Below the pieces are notes generated by a model. The model did not search any database, was not told where the DNA came from, and saw only the letters and a list, made by a program, of their open reading frames with translations. A stretch of 64,000 nucleotides of DNA from an uncultured Mucilaginibacter sp. (GTDB taxonomy: Bacteria; Bacteroidota; Bacteroidia; Sphingobacteriales; Sphingobacteriaceae). Every line of letters begins with the position of its first letter. Position 1 is the stretch's first letter. The stretch lies in NCBI GenBank assembly GCA_903887275.1, contig CAISPD010000179.1, positions 16,912-80,911 on the forward strand, in the 5' to 3' direction. The position numbers and the translations under genes were made by a program. This document shows positions 9,329-18,163 of this stretch, one piece after another.

Positions 9329-9403
9329 GGGCAATAGGTAAGGTTGATGCCGGACCCGATGAACAGACTGCAAACTTACGGCTTGCCCGGGATTACGAAT
9401 GTC

Positions 9404-12121
9404 TTAAAGCCACTGATCAAATTTTTTAATGAACCACGTTTTAACTGCCTGTGTAAGCAAACAATAACACAGCAAAATACCTAGCAGCCAGGGGAAAAAA
9501 GCAAAAGGCAAGGCTTGCATTTTAAAGGCTGCAGCCAGCGGCGAAAACGGTATGAAAATGCCAATGGCCATAATTGCCGATGTTAAAGCAACTACGGGCG
9601 CCGTAGCCCAGCTTTGTATAAATGGTATTTTACGGGTGCGGATCATATGAACGATCAATGTTTGGGATAGCAAGCTTTCTACAAACCAGCCTGTTTGGAA
9701 AAAGGTTTGATGTTCGGGCGAATTTGCTTTGAATATGAACCACATCACTGCAAATGTTGCATAGTCAAATACCGAACTGATGGGGCCAACAAACATCATA
9801 AATTTGCTGATACCCCCTGCGTCCCATTTGCGGGGTGTAACAATATAATCCTCGTCCATAAAATCCCATGGGATGGATATCTGCGACACATCATATAAAA
9901 GGTTATTGATCAGGATCTGTATCGGAAGCATAGGTAAAAATGGCAGCAAAGCACTGGCCCCCAGCATACTGAACATATTGCCAAAATTACTGCTGGCGGT
10001 CATTTTGATGTATTTGATGATATTGCCGAATGTGCGGCGGCCATAGATCACTCCTTTACGCAGTACCATCAGATCTTTTTCAAGCAGAATTATATCAGCG
10101 CTTTCTTTGGCAATATCGACTGCTGTATCTACCGAAATACCCACGTCAGCATCCCGTAGCGCTGCCGCATCATTAATTCCATCGCCCATAAATCCTACGG
10201 TATGCCCTTTAGCCTGCAATACTTTTACAACCCGCGATTTTTGCAAGGGACTGAGTTTTGCCAGAATACTGATATCGTCTATCCGGCGGGCCAATTCTTC
10301 ATCACTCATGTCTTCCAGCTCCTTGCCCAGCAGGATATTGTTAATCGGTATGCCTACATCCTTGCATATCTTTTTGGTTACAACCTCGTTATCGCCGGTT
10401 AAAACTTTAATTGAAATGCCCAGGCGGCGCAATGCCTCAATGGAAGGTTTAGCAGAGGGCTTAGCCGGATCTAAAAAGCCAATAAAGCCAGTCAGGATCA
10501 TATTGCATTCATCAGCAACTGAATAGTTTAACGGGCGCTCTTCATATTCCTTAATAGCCACAATCAGCACCCGCAAACCTTCCTCATTTAATTTAGACGA
10601 TGTTTTCAAAATGGCCTGCCGCATCTTTTCATCCATCGGGATCACGTCGTCGGTGTCTATCTGCAAACTATTATCCTCGCCCGGATCAAAAGCAAAGCTG
10701 CATAGGTCCAGCATTTCTTCTACCGCACCTTTACAAATAAGCAGGTGTTTGTGATTTTTTTCTTCCAATATCACCGACATTCGCCTGCGTTGAAAATCGA
10801 AGGGGATCTCATCTACTTTTTTATAGGATTCGCCTTCCTTCAGGCAGGAGTGAAACTCGACATGCTCCAATACAGCAAGGTCAAGCAAATTTTTTAAGCC
10901 GGTTTGGTGATAGCTATTGAGGTAGGCCCATTTCATTACTTCGCTATCTTCCAGGCCATATACGTTCAAATGCCGTTCGAGTACAATTTTGTCCATCGTT
11001 AACGTGCCCGTTTTATCGGTACACAGTATGTCCATCGCACCGATATTCTGAATAGCATTCAGCCTTTTGACAACAACCTTGCGTTTCGACATGTTAACCG
11101 CTCCTTTAGCCAGGTTGGCGGTTACAATCATTGGCAACATTTCGGGAGTTAGTCCAACGGCGATGGAGATACCGAAAAGAAATGCCTCCAGCCAATTGTG
11201 TTTGGTAAGCCCGTTGATCAAAAACACCAGCGGCACCATAACCAGCATAAAGCGTATGAGTAACCAGCTTACACTATTAACGCCTTTATCAAAACTGGTT
11301 TCGGCCCGTTTGCCAACCAATGATTTGGAAAGAGAACCAAAATAGGTATCGCCACCAGTATTTACGACAATAGCCTGCGCTGTACCACTTACCACGTTGG
11401 TGCCCATAAAGCAAACATTATTGAGTTCAAGGGGCGATTTTTTGCTAGCGCCACGATCAGCAGAATCTGTTTTTTCAACCGGTAATGCTTCGCCGGTCAA
11501 TATTGCCTGGCTTACAAATAAGTCTTTTGACTGAAGGATACGGACATCCGCTGGGATCATATCTCCGGCCGACAATAAAATAAGGTCGCCGGAAACTAAT
11601 TTTTTGATATCGATCTCCTGTTTATCCTGCCCTTCCCTTACCACAGTAGCGGTAGTTTTAACCATCGACTTCAGCTTTTCTGCAGCCTGGTTACTCCTGA
11701 ATTCCTGGATAAAACGCAGCATGGCACTTAAGAACACCATGATGCTGATTACAATAACCGTAGTATAATCCCTATCGGCAGGTGCTTTAATAATGATTAC
11801 GTCAGTAATGGAAGAAATAACGGCCAGTACGATCAATACCCCAATAAAAGGGTTTAAAAAGGCTTCAAAAAACTGGATATACCATTTAGGTGCTTTTTCA
11901 TGGGCTACTTCATTGGGCCCATAGGTGCTCAATCTTTCCCTGACTTCATCTGCTGTAAGACCTTTATCGCTGGTTTCTAACTGTTGCAGAAAATCTGCTT
12001 TACTACTCGCTGATGCTCGTTTTATCTTTAACGTTGAAGCGCCGTCAGATTCATTGGATGAATTGCCGTTCTTTTTGGCCAGAGTTTTATAAACTGAATT
12101 GAAATTTTCTCTTTTAAGCAT
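9404..12121 (-). CDS. mgtA: Mg2+-importing P-type ATPase
   Basis: DKTGT, TGEA, PEMLP, GDGINDA; MTASSNFGNMFS and NLLYD typical of MgtA/B. Confidence 0.95.
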   Translation of the reverse strand: MLKRENFNSVYKTLAKKNGNSSNESDGASTLKIKRASASSKADFLQQLETSDKGLTADEVRERLSTYGPNEVAHEKAPKWYIQFFEAFLNPFIGVLIVLAVISSITDVIIIKAPADRDYTTVIVISIMVFLSAMLRFIQEFRSNQAAEKLKSMVKTTATVVREGQDKQEIDIKKLVSGDLILLSAGDMIPADVRILQSKDLFVSQAILTGEALPVEKTDSADRGASKKSPLELNNVCFMGTNVVSGTAQAIVVNTGGDTYFGSLSKSLVGKRAETSFDKGVNSVSWLLIRFMLVMVPLVFLINGLTKHNWLEAFLFGISIAVGLTPEMLPMIVTANLAKGAVNMSKRKVVVKRLNAIQNIGAMDILCTDKTGTLTMDKIVLERHLNVYGLEDSEVMKWAYLNSYHQTGLKNLLDLAVLEHVEFHSCLKEGESYKKVDEIPFDFQRRRMSVILEEKNHKHLLICKGAVEEMLDLCSFAFDPGEDNSLQIDTDDVIPMDEKMRQAILKTSSKLNEEGLRVLIVAIKEYEERPLNYSVADECNMILTGFIGFLDPAKPSAKPSIEALRRLGISIKVLTGDNEVVTKKICKDVGIPINNILLGKELEDMSDEELARRIDDISILAKLSPLQKSRVVKVLQAKGHTVGFMGDGINDAAALRDADVGISVDTAVDIAKESADIILLEKDLMVLRKGVIYGRRTFGNIIKYIKMTASSNFGNMFSMLGASALLPFLPMLPIQILINNLLYDVSQISIPWDFMDEDYIVTPRKWDAGGISKFMMFVGPISSVFDYATFAVMWFIFKANSPEHQTFFQTGWFVESLLSQTLIVHMIRTRKIPFIQSWATAPVVALTSAIMAIGIFIPFSPLAAAFKMQALPFAFFPWLLGILLCYCLLTQAVKTWFIKKFDQWL

Positions 12122-12173
12122 CGTAGTATGATTTGCCCTGTTTTACCAGGCGGCTTAAAAGCAGACGATCCGG

Positions 12174-12224
12174 TTAGCAGGAGGTTAGAAGTTCTTTTAA
12201 AGTGCTACTCGGACCGGTATCCAT
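12174..12224 (-). CDS. Candidate mgtA leader peptide MDTGPSSTLKELLTSC (16 aa)
   Basis: ATG 12224 after an A-rich context, TAA 12176-12174; lies between the promoter and mgtA ATG. Confidence 0.5.
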   Translation of the reverse strand: MDTGPSSTLKELLTSC

Positions 12225-12246
12225 TTTTTTAATTTTTAATTTGACG

Positions 12247-12284
12247 CAAAAATAAGATTTAATTTAATGCAATGGTATTGCATT
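12247..12284 (-). promoter_or_regulatory. mgtA promoter (-7 TATTTTTG 12254-12247) with overlapping perfect palindrome AATGCAAT-GGT-ATTGCATT (12266-12284)
   Basis: Directly visible 8-3-8 inverted repeat over the -33 region. Confidence 0.6.
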
Positions 12285-12716
12285 GATCCTGCATTTGTCA
12301 CATATTCCTTTTACCACCAATTTCATTTCGGCAGCAGAGAAACCGGCAGGTAATAAAACCTCCGGGATTCTTGAATTTGGCAGACAGAATGTCTCTTTGC
12401 AAGTGCCGCAATAAAAGTGTACATGCAGGTCGTGATGCTCCTTTTTATCGCATTCCTCAGGGCATAGCGCGTACTTGGGTACACCCGTTCCGTCTTCTAT
12501 GGTATGAATCAGGCCGTTTTGCTCAAAGGTCTTTAACGTGCGATAAATGGTTGTACGATCTGCAGGCAGTAATAATTTCTCCAGATCACTCAGGCTAAGA
12601 GCATGCTGATGTTTTAAAAGCTTGTCTAAAACCAAAACCCGCATTGCGGTAGGGTTAATTTTTTTGATGGCCAGCAATTGCGTCGTTTTACCGCTTATTT
12701 TTTCCGCTATGTCCAT
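12264..12716 (-). CDS. Fur-family transcriptional regulator
   Basis: DRTTIYRTLKTF HTH, HxHFYCxxC and CDKC metal sites; ATG 12716 (track GTG 12719). Confidence 0.88.
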   Translation of the reverse strand: MDIAEKISGKTTQLLAIKKINPTAMRVLVLDKLLKHQHALSLSDLEKLLLPADRTTIYRTLKTFEQNGLIHTIEDGTGVPKYALCPEECDKKEHHDLHVHFYCGTCKETFCLPNSRIPEVLLPAGFSAAEMKLVVKGICDKCRINAIPLH

Positions 12717-12717
12717 C

Positions 12718-12749
12718 ACCGTATTACCATTGCTTTCGGGGCAAATCTA
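12718..12749 (-). promoter_or_regulatory. Fur-like gene promoter (-7 TAGATTTG) with a degenerate copy of the palindrome
   Basis: Minus AAAGCAATGGTAATACGGT (12736-12718), 14/19 match to the mgtA palindrome, just downstream of the -7 element at 12749-12742. Confidence 0.5.
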
Positions 12750-13400
12750 GGGTAAATTATCTACTTCATCATAAAACTGCTTAAGATACAGTTCCATAAA
12801 ATGGTGCCGCTGTTCGGCAAGAATTTTGCCGGTTGGGGTATTCATCTTATCTTTTAATAAGAGTAATTTTTCATAAAAATGATTGATACTGGGCGCTTGA
12901 GATGATTTATACACCTCTTTGCTCATATTTAAATTAGGGCTGATCTCGGGGTTATAAATTTCGCGCCCTTTAAATCCTCCATAACTAAATGCCCTTGCTA
13001 TCCCAATAGCACCAATGGCATCCAGCCGGTCAGCATCCTGCACAATAGCTAATTCATTTGATTGAAAACTAATCTTATCAAAGCCCGATTTAAAAGATAT
13101 ATTTCTGATGATCTGCTGAACATGCTCAATGATCTCGGGTGCAATAGCCATTGATGTTAAAAATTCTCCAGCCAACGCCGGTCCCAGTGTTTCATCTCCA
13201 CCGTGAAACTTACTGTCGGCAATGTCGTGCAGTAAAGCAGCCAGTTCAACAACCAGTAGATCACAAGGCTCTGATTTGGCTATGTGCCGGGCATTGGTTA
13301 AAACCCGCTGTATGTGCCACCAATCATGCCCACCTTCGGCATGCTGTAATGTTGCCTTAACAAAAGAGACTGCTTTACTGATGATTTCGTTGTGTTCCAT
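12747..13400 (-). CDS. HD-domain phosphohydrolase (YedJ-like)
   Basis: GHDWWHI, ALLHDIAD, QDADRLDAIGAIGIAR, NHFYEKL. Confidence 0.9.
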   Translation of the reverse strand: MEHNEIISKAVSFVKATLQHAEGGHDWWHIQRVLTNARHIAKSEPCDLLVVELAALLHDIADSKFHGGDETLGPALAGEFLTSMAIAPEIIEHVQQIIRNISFKSGFDKISFQSNELAIVQDADRLDAIGAIGIARAFSYGGFKGREIYNPEISPNLNMSKEVYKSSQAPSINHFYEKLLLLKDKMNTPTGKILAEQRHHFMELYLKQFYDEVDNLP

Positions 13401-13445
13401 ACGGCTATAAAATTAGATGTATTATAGCTGTATTGCATAACTTCA

Positions 13446-13694
13446 TTACACTTTTTGCAGAACCTGCATCCGTTCAGCACCGATCAGCAGGACTGGATCA
13501 GTCTCGAGAATTTCTGCAATATGCAGTAGTCTTTCAACGGTTATGCGAGTATATCCCAATTCGATCTTACTATAGGCATTTTGCGATATGCGCAATTTGG
13601 CTGCCAGGTATTCCTGGGTATAATTCCGGTGTTCCCGGGTTTTTCTGATGTTAGCAGCTACTTGTTCGATCCTGGTATTAAGTGCATCCTTCAT
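13446..13694 (-). CDS. XRE-family HTH regulator
   Basis: YTQEYLAAKLRISQNAYSKIELG; ATG 13694 within track ORF. Confidence 0.85.
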   Translation of the reverse strand: MKDALNTRIEQVAANIRKTREHRNYTQEYLAAKLRISQNAYSKIELGYTRITVERLLHIAEILETDPVLLIGAERMQVLQKV

Positions 13695-13769
13695 AATTGA
13701 AATGTTTAACTGGGTATTTAAGATCAATTACGCAAGGAAGCGCTATACGGTTTGTTTTTGCAGTATTAT

Positions 13770-14264
13770 TTATGGTTCGTTGCTGTAAACTAAGGTTACT
13801 GCGGGCAATAAAGTGGCAAGGTTAAGCGGGATTTGATCAGTACCGGTAATAGGTTTGTGCTTTAAATAAAAGTTGTACAACGCCGCCTGATCGTCTTTGC
13901 TGTCAGCACCCTTGCCATGAAACCTGATCTGGAAAGGGATGACAAAATCGTGTAATTTTTCTTTATCAGGAATGATCCACTTATGATTGGTCTTTTTCAT
14001 GGCATCAATAACAGGTTGTACCAGGATGGCATCATCAGCGTAGTAGATCACCAGATTTTTCAGGCTACCCTGATCATCGGCAGAAAACTTGAATATTACC
14101 AGGCCATTTGCTTTACTAAGTATTATGCCCTGCGAAACCTTTAAGCTATCGCGAAAAAATTGAGTCATTGCTGTTTTGCCTCCCTGAAATGGGAAAGCAA
14201 GCTGCTGTTGAGCGACAGCATGGGTTGCCATAAAAAGTGTAGCTATTAATAAGATTTTTCTCAT
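13770..14264 (-). CDS. Exported hypothetical protein, TonB C-terminal-like
   Basis: Signal peptide MRKILLIATLFMATHAVA; FPFQGGKTAM...GLVIFKFSADDQG. Confidence 0.6.
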   Translation of the reverse strand: MRKILLIATLFMATHAVAQQQLAFPFQGGKTAMTQFFRDSLKVSQGIILSKANGLVIFKFSADDQGSLKNLVIYYADDAILVQPVIDAMKKTNHKWIIPDKEKLHDFVIPFQIRFHGKGADSKDDQAALYNFYLKHKPITGTDQIPLNLATLLPAVTLVYSNEP

Positions 14265-14274
14265 TACAATATCG

Positions 14275-15444
14275 TTATGCAAGGGGCGCCCTTTTAGTTC
14301 CCTCGTAAAGTTCGTATTCCAGCAAACGGCAATCTAATTTGCCATTATAAAACTCAACACGGCGATTGGCTGCCAGACCTATTTTTTTTGCCAGGTCGGG
14401 ATTGCCGGTAAATATATAGCCACGGTAACCCTTACACGTTTGTTTCATAAAATCACCAATGCGTTTGTAAGTTGCTTCCAGCTTGCTGTGCGTGCCTAAG
14501 CGTTCGCCATACTCCGGGTTAAACATTACAATGCCTTTTTCTTCCGGAACCAGTGTTTCGGCAAAATCACAAACGTTAAACTCGATCAAATGTTCTACAC
14601 CTGCTGTTTTTGCATTTTTTTGCGCAATGTCAACGGCATCAGCAGAAATATCGGTTGCAATGATCTTAAAGCCCAGCTGTCTCTTTGCCTGATCTTTCAG
14701 CTTTCGGCGTTCCGTAAAAAATACTTCCTCCTGATATCCGATGATATGCATAAAACCATAGTTCATGCGAAAGAAACCAGGGGTTTTATCGGTAGCAAGT
14801 AAGGCGGCTTCAATTGCCAGTGTGCCCGAACCACACATAGGGTTTACGAACGAACTGTTGCGGTCCCAGTTAGTTGCCAATATTGTTGCAGCGGCCAGCG
14901 CTTCCAGCATGGGGGCTTTACCGGGTATTTTTCTATAGCTGTGTTTAGCCAGAGTTTCGCCCGAAGTATCGATAAATATATCGGCTCTGTCGTCCTGCCA
15001 GTAAAGGTGAACAACGGTTTTGTTCTGGTCGGCACCTGAGTTTGGCCTGATACCCTTTTTTGATTTGATGCGGTCTACTATGGCATCTTTCACCTTCACA
15101 TTAGCAAAGAGCGGCGTAGTGATATGCTCATTATTTACGTTAGATGTGACCGAAAAATAACCGCTAAAATCAATCAGCTCTTCCCAGGCTATTTCTAACA
15201 GTTCGTCATATAGTTGTTTGGGGTCGGCGGCGGTAAAGCTTTTCAAAAGGTATATAACCTGACTTGCGCAACGCAGATTAAGGTTTAAGGCCACGCAGTC
15301 GTTTACTGTGCCTTTTAGCTCAACGCCAGTAGGGAATACCCTTGTGGGTTTAAAGCCAAGTTCTTCAACCTCTTTTTGCAAGTAGGGTGATAATCTCTTA
15401 TTGCAGGTTATAACTATCCTGCTTTCGGTGTGGAAAACTTCCAT
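14275..15444 (-). CDS. THUMP-domain SAM-dependent RNA methyltransferase (RlmL N-half-like)
   Basis: DTSGETLAKHSYR, NPMCGSGTLAIEAA, NPEYGERLG, FYNGKLDC. Confidence 0.9.
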   Translation of the reverse strand: MEVFHTESRIVITCNKRLSPYLQKEVEELGFKPTRVFPTGVELKGTVNDCVALNLNLRCASQVIYLLKSFTAADPKQLYDELLEIAWEELIDFSGYFSVTSNVNNEHITTPLFANVKVKDAIVDRIKSKKGIRPNSGADQNKTVVHLYWQDDRADIFIDTSGETLAKHSYRKIPGKAPMLEALAAATILATNWDRNSSFVNPMCGSGTLAIEAALLATDKTPGFFRMNYGFMHIIGYQEEVFFTERRKLKDQAKRQLGFKIIATDISADAVDIAQKNAKTAGVEHLIEFNVCDFAETLVPEEKGIVMFNPEYGERLGTHSKLEATYKRIGDFMKQTCKGYRGYIFTGNPDLAKKIGLAANRRVEFYNGKLDCRLLEYELYEGTKRAPLA

Positions 15445-15525
15445 AAATTGTTGGCGAATTTATGAATTTAACTCCCCGATTTTATGCCCTAACCATTAAC
15501 TTTACACTTTTAATTTTTAAAACAT

Positions 15526-15888
15526 ATGGAAATTAAGGGCAAAGTACATGAAGTTTCGCCAACCGTACAGGTAACCGACTCATTGAAGAAGCGGGAATTG
15601 ATCGTTGAATACGTAGAAAATCCGCAATACCCGGAATATTTAAAATTTGAAGCCATTCAGGATCGTTGTAATTTACTCGATAATGTTCGGGTAGGTGATG
15701 ATATTGAATTGTTTTTTAACCTGCGCGGCCGCCCATGGACCGACAAAACAGGCAAAAAAACCTATTTCAACTCGTTACAATTATGGAAGATCAACGTGTT
15801 GGCAGGTGCAAATAACAATACTGCACCCGAATATGCGCCACCGGTTGACCTAAGCGCAGCACCTGAAGAAGATGATCTGCCATTTTAA
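15526..15888 (+). CDS. DUF3127 (OB-fold, SSB-like) protein
   Basis: KKRELIVEY...FNLRGRPW...YFNSLQLWKI; acidic tail DDLPF. Confidence 0.85.
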   Translation: MEIKGKVHEVSPTVQVTDSLKKRELIVEYVENPQYPEYLKFEAIQDRCNLLDNVRVGDDIELFFNLRGRPWTDKTGKKTYFNSLQLWKINVLAGANNNTAPEYAPPVDLSAAPEEDDLPF

Positions 15889-15930
15889 AATGCTTCTACT
15901 CAATTAGGGTTAATTAATATGAAAACAAAG

Positions 15931-15957
15931 AGCCTCCAGTGTTGGGAGGCTTTTTTT
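15931..15957 (+). terminator. Intrinsic terminator (possibly bidirectional)
   Basis: AGCCTCC/GGAGGCT stem followed by T7. Confidence 0.85.
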
Positions 15958-16101
15958 ATGGATACTGATCGGGTAATTTAAAGTTGGCTTTTGATTCGGA
16001 TTTGTGATGAGTGTAATATCGAAATGCCGCCCGGGAAGTCTAAAAGCAATCACATTCAGCATCGCTCCCTTGTTGACCCTGGCATTATCAAGCTGTTTGG
16101 T

Positions 16102-16194
16102 CTAGCTCAAATACACAGCAGGTACCAGGAAGATGACGATGATAAATACCGCGAAAATTATCTCAAAGGCTGGTTTATCGAAAGCCTGTTCCAT
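16102..16194 (-). CDS. Candidate 30-aa single-TM protein MEQAFDKPAFEIIFAVFIIVIFLVPAVYLS
   Basis: Manual translation; own -7 element TAATTTTG (16225-16218); long hydrophobic stretch. Confidence 0.5.
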   Translation of the reverse strand: MEQAFDKPAFEIIFAVFIIVIFLVPAVYLS

Positions 16195-16217
16195 GGTAAT
16201 ACTTAAATTTGGTAGTT

Positions 16218-16319
16218 CAAAATTAACAAGCAATTCAATACCAAGTTGTTAAATGGATTTTGGCATTTGTTAAAAAGTGTTAAAAGCCCGTTGTTTTGAG
16301 CTTATTTGAAATATTTTTG
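16218..16319. promoter_or_regulatory. Divergent promoters with three TGTTAAA direct repeats (16247, 16268, 16278)
   Basis: -7 elements at 16218-16225 (minus) and 16312-16319 (plus); repeats spaced 21 and 10 bp. Confidence 0.55.
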
Positions 16320-16326
16320 TCTAAGC

Positions 16327-18153
16327 ATGAATAAAAAGAGTTTGTTTCTGATCATAGGATTGATGGGCTTTGCACTACTTGGTGTATTGGCCATGCAATT
16401 ATATTTTCTCCGGCAATCCTACCTTACCCAATCAGATATTTTCGACAGGTCTGTCAATGATGCGCTCAATACGGTGGTTTCTAAGCTTGCAAAGCAGGAT
16501 GCAAATAATTTTTTGCGTCGTAAAGCTCATCTGCTAGAGTTGCAGCAACAAAAAGCAAATGCCATTTACGCAAAAAATCAGGCCCTGCCCGAAGTGCAAA
16601 CTATTGAAGCAAGCAAGCCTAAAAAGCAGCTGACGTTAAGGGAGCGCAGGTTAAATGCCCTGCGTGATAGTTTACGGCAGGTAATAGCGGGCAATAAGCT
16701 GGATGAGGAGTTCTTCAATATGGCGCAATCGGGTCAGTTGATGCTGCACGTACGCTACGAGGAATACACTGATGAATTCGGGATCGTACATACCCGAATG
16801 ACAGACCCAAAGATAATCCGTGAGGCCGGCAGTAAAACAGTGATTAAAAAGCCTGCCAAAATCCATAAGTATGATACTGCTTACGTTGACTATATGGACC
16901 CTCAGTTTGGCAAACAAACCATACCGGTGGTGCAAATTGATCCTTTATGGCAGCGCGAACAGGACCGCAAGAAAAGCGAGCGTCAGTTTGTTGAAGTAAA
17001 AAAAATGCTTGAGGCCGATTCGATACAAAATCTTCAAAAAGGCATCAAATCTAACGTGATCGAAAACCTTGCATTCGAATATCAGAAATCAGACGAGCCT
17101 TTGGCAAAACGTTTAAACTTGTTTTGGATCGACTCGCTGCTTCAGTTTGAATTTCATAATAAGGGAATTTTTCTGCCCTATATATATCGGGTCAGTACCT
17201 TTAATTCCGATTCGTTATTATTTACCAATGTTAACTATTCAAATGGTGAAAAGCTGCGTGCCGAAGATGCCAGTGCTTACCAGGTGCCTATTTTTAGTAA
17301 GGAAGTGATCAATGATCCGGGTAAGATCAGGATCTATTTTCCGCAAAAAAATAAATTGATACTTACTAAAATGACTGCTTCAATGGCTACCTCGGCGGGG
17401 TTGTTGCTTATTTTACTGGTTAGTTTTGGCTATACCATATTTTCAATTCTGAGGCAGAAAAAAATATCGGAGATGAAAATGGATTTCATCAACAATATGA
17501 CCCACGAATTTAAAACCCCTGTTTCTACCATCATGATAGCCAGTGAGGCTTTGAAGGATAAAGAGATCATGGAGGATAAAAGCAGGGTAGAGCGGCTGGC
17601 CAACATTATTTTCGAAGAAAATCAAAGATTGGGAAGCCATATCGAACGGGTGTTAAATATCGCCAGGATAGAAAAGAATGATTTCAGGCTCGACATTAAG
17701 GAGATTGATGTTAATGAGATGGTTACGACAGTTTTGGATAGCATGGCACTCAAATTGCAAAAACATCAGGTTATCGCTAAACTAAACCTGGATGCAAAGC
17801 ATGCGATGATAGAGGCAGATGAACTGCATTTCTCCAATGTTTTATACAACCTGATAGATAATGCGATCAAATATAGCCCGGATACTCCCGAAATAACTAT
17901 TAGTACTTTTAACAGGGATGATCAATTGGTGATACGGGTGGCAGATAAAGGAATTGGCATGAACCGCGACCAGCAAGCGCGTATATTCGAACAGTTTTAC
18001 CGTATTCCCACTGGAAATCTGCACGACGTAAAAGGTTTTGGTTTGGGCTTAAGTTACGTTAATACCATCGTAAAAAAACTGAATGGTTCTATCAGCGTTA
18101 AGTCTGAAAGAGAAAAAGGCTCGGAATTTGAATTGAAATTCCACACCACATAA
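16327..18153 (+). CDS. rprX: Sensor histidine kinase, RprX-like
   Basis: Two TMs, large periplasmic loop, THEFKTP, NLIDNAIKYS, KGFGLGL; ATG 16327 within track ORF. Confidence 0.8.
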   Translation: MNKKSLFLIIGLMGFALLGVLAMQLYFLRQSYLTQSDIFDRSVNDALNTVVSKLAKQDANNFLRRKAHLLELQQQKANAIYAKNQALPEVQTIEASKPKKQLTLRERRLNALRDSLRQVIAGNKLDEEFFNMAQSGQLMLHVRYEEYTDEFGIVHTRMTDPKIIREAGSKTVIKKPAKIHKYDTAYVDYMDPQFGKQTIPVVQIDPLWQREQDRKKSERQFVEVKKMLEADSIQNLQKGIKSNVIENLAFEYQKSDEPLAKRLNLFWIDSLLQFEFHNKGIFLPYIYRVSTFNSDSLLFTNVNYSNGEKLRAEDASAYQVPIFSKEVINDPGKIRIYFPQKNKLILTKMTASMATSAGLLLILLVSFGYTIFSILRQKKISEMKMDFINNMTHEFKTPVSTIMIASEALKDKEIMEDKSRVERLANIIFEENQRLGSHIERVLNIARIEKNDFRLDIKEIDVNEMVTTVLDSMALKLQKHQVIAKLNLDAKHAMIEADELHFSNVLYNLIDNAIKYSPDTPEITISTFNRDDQLVIRVADKGIGMNRDQQARIFEQFYRIPTGNLHDVKGFGLGLSYVNTIVKKLNGSISVKSEREKGSEFELKFHTT

Positions 18154-18163
18154 ATTAAACAGA

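Noticed and set aside
12125-12245. M-box or cobalamin-type riboswitch upstream of mgtA (and of nrdJ)
   Set aside because: Leaders too short and no recognisable consensus
15991-16206. Plus-strand 71-aa track ORF
   Set aside because: TTG start, no recognisable motif, antisense to the better-supported small TM ORF with its own promoter
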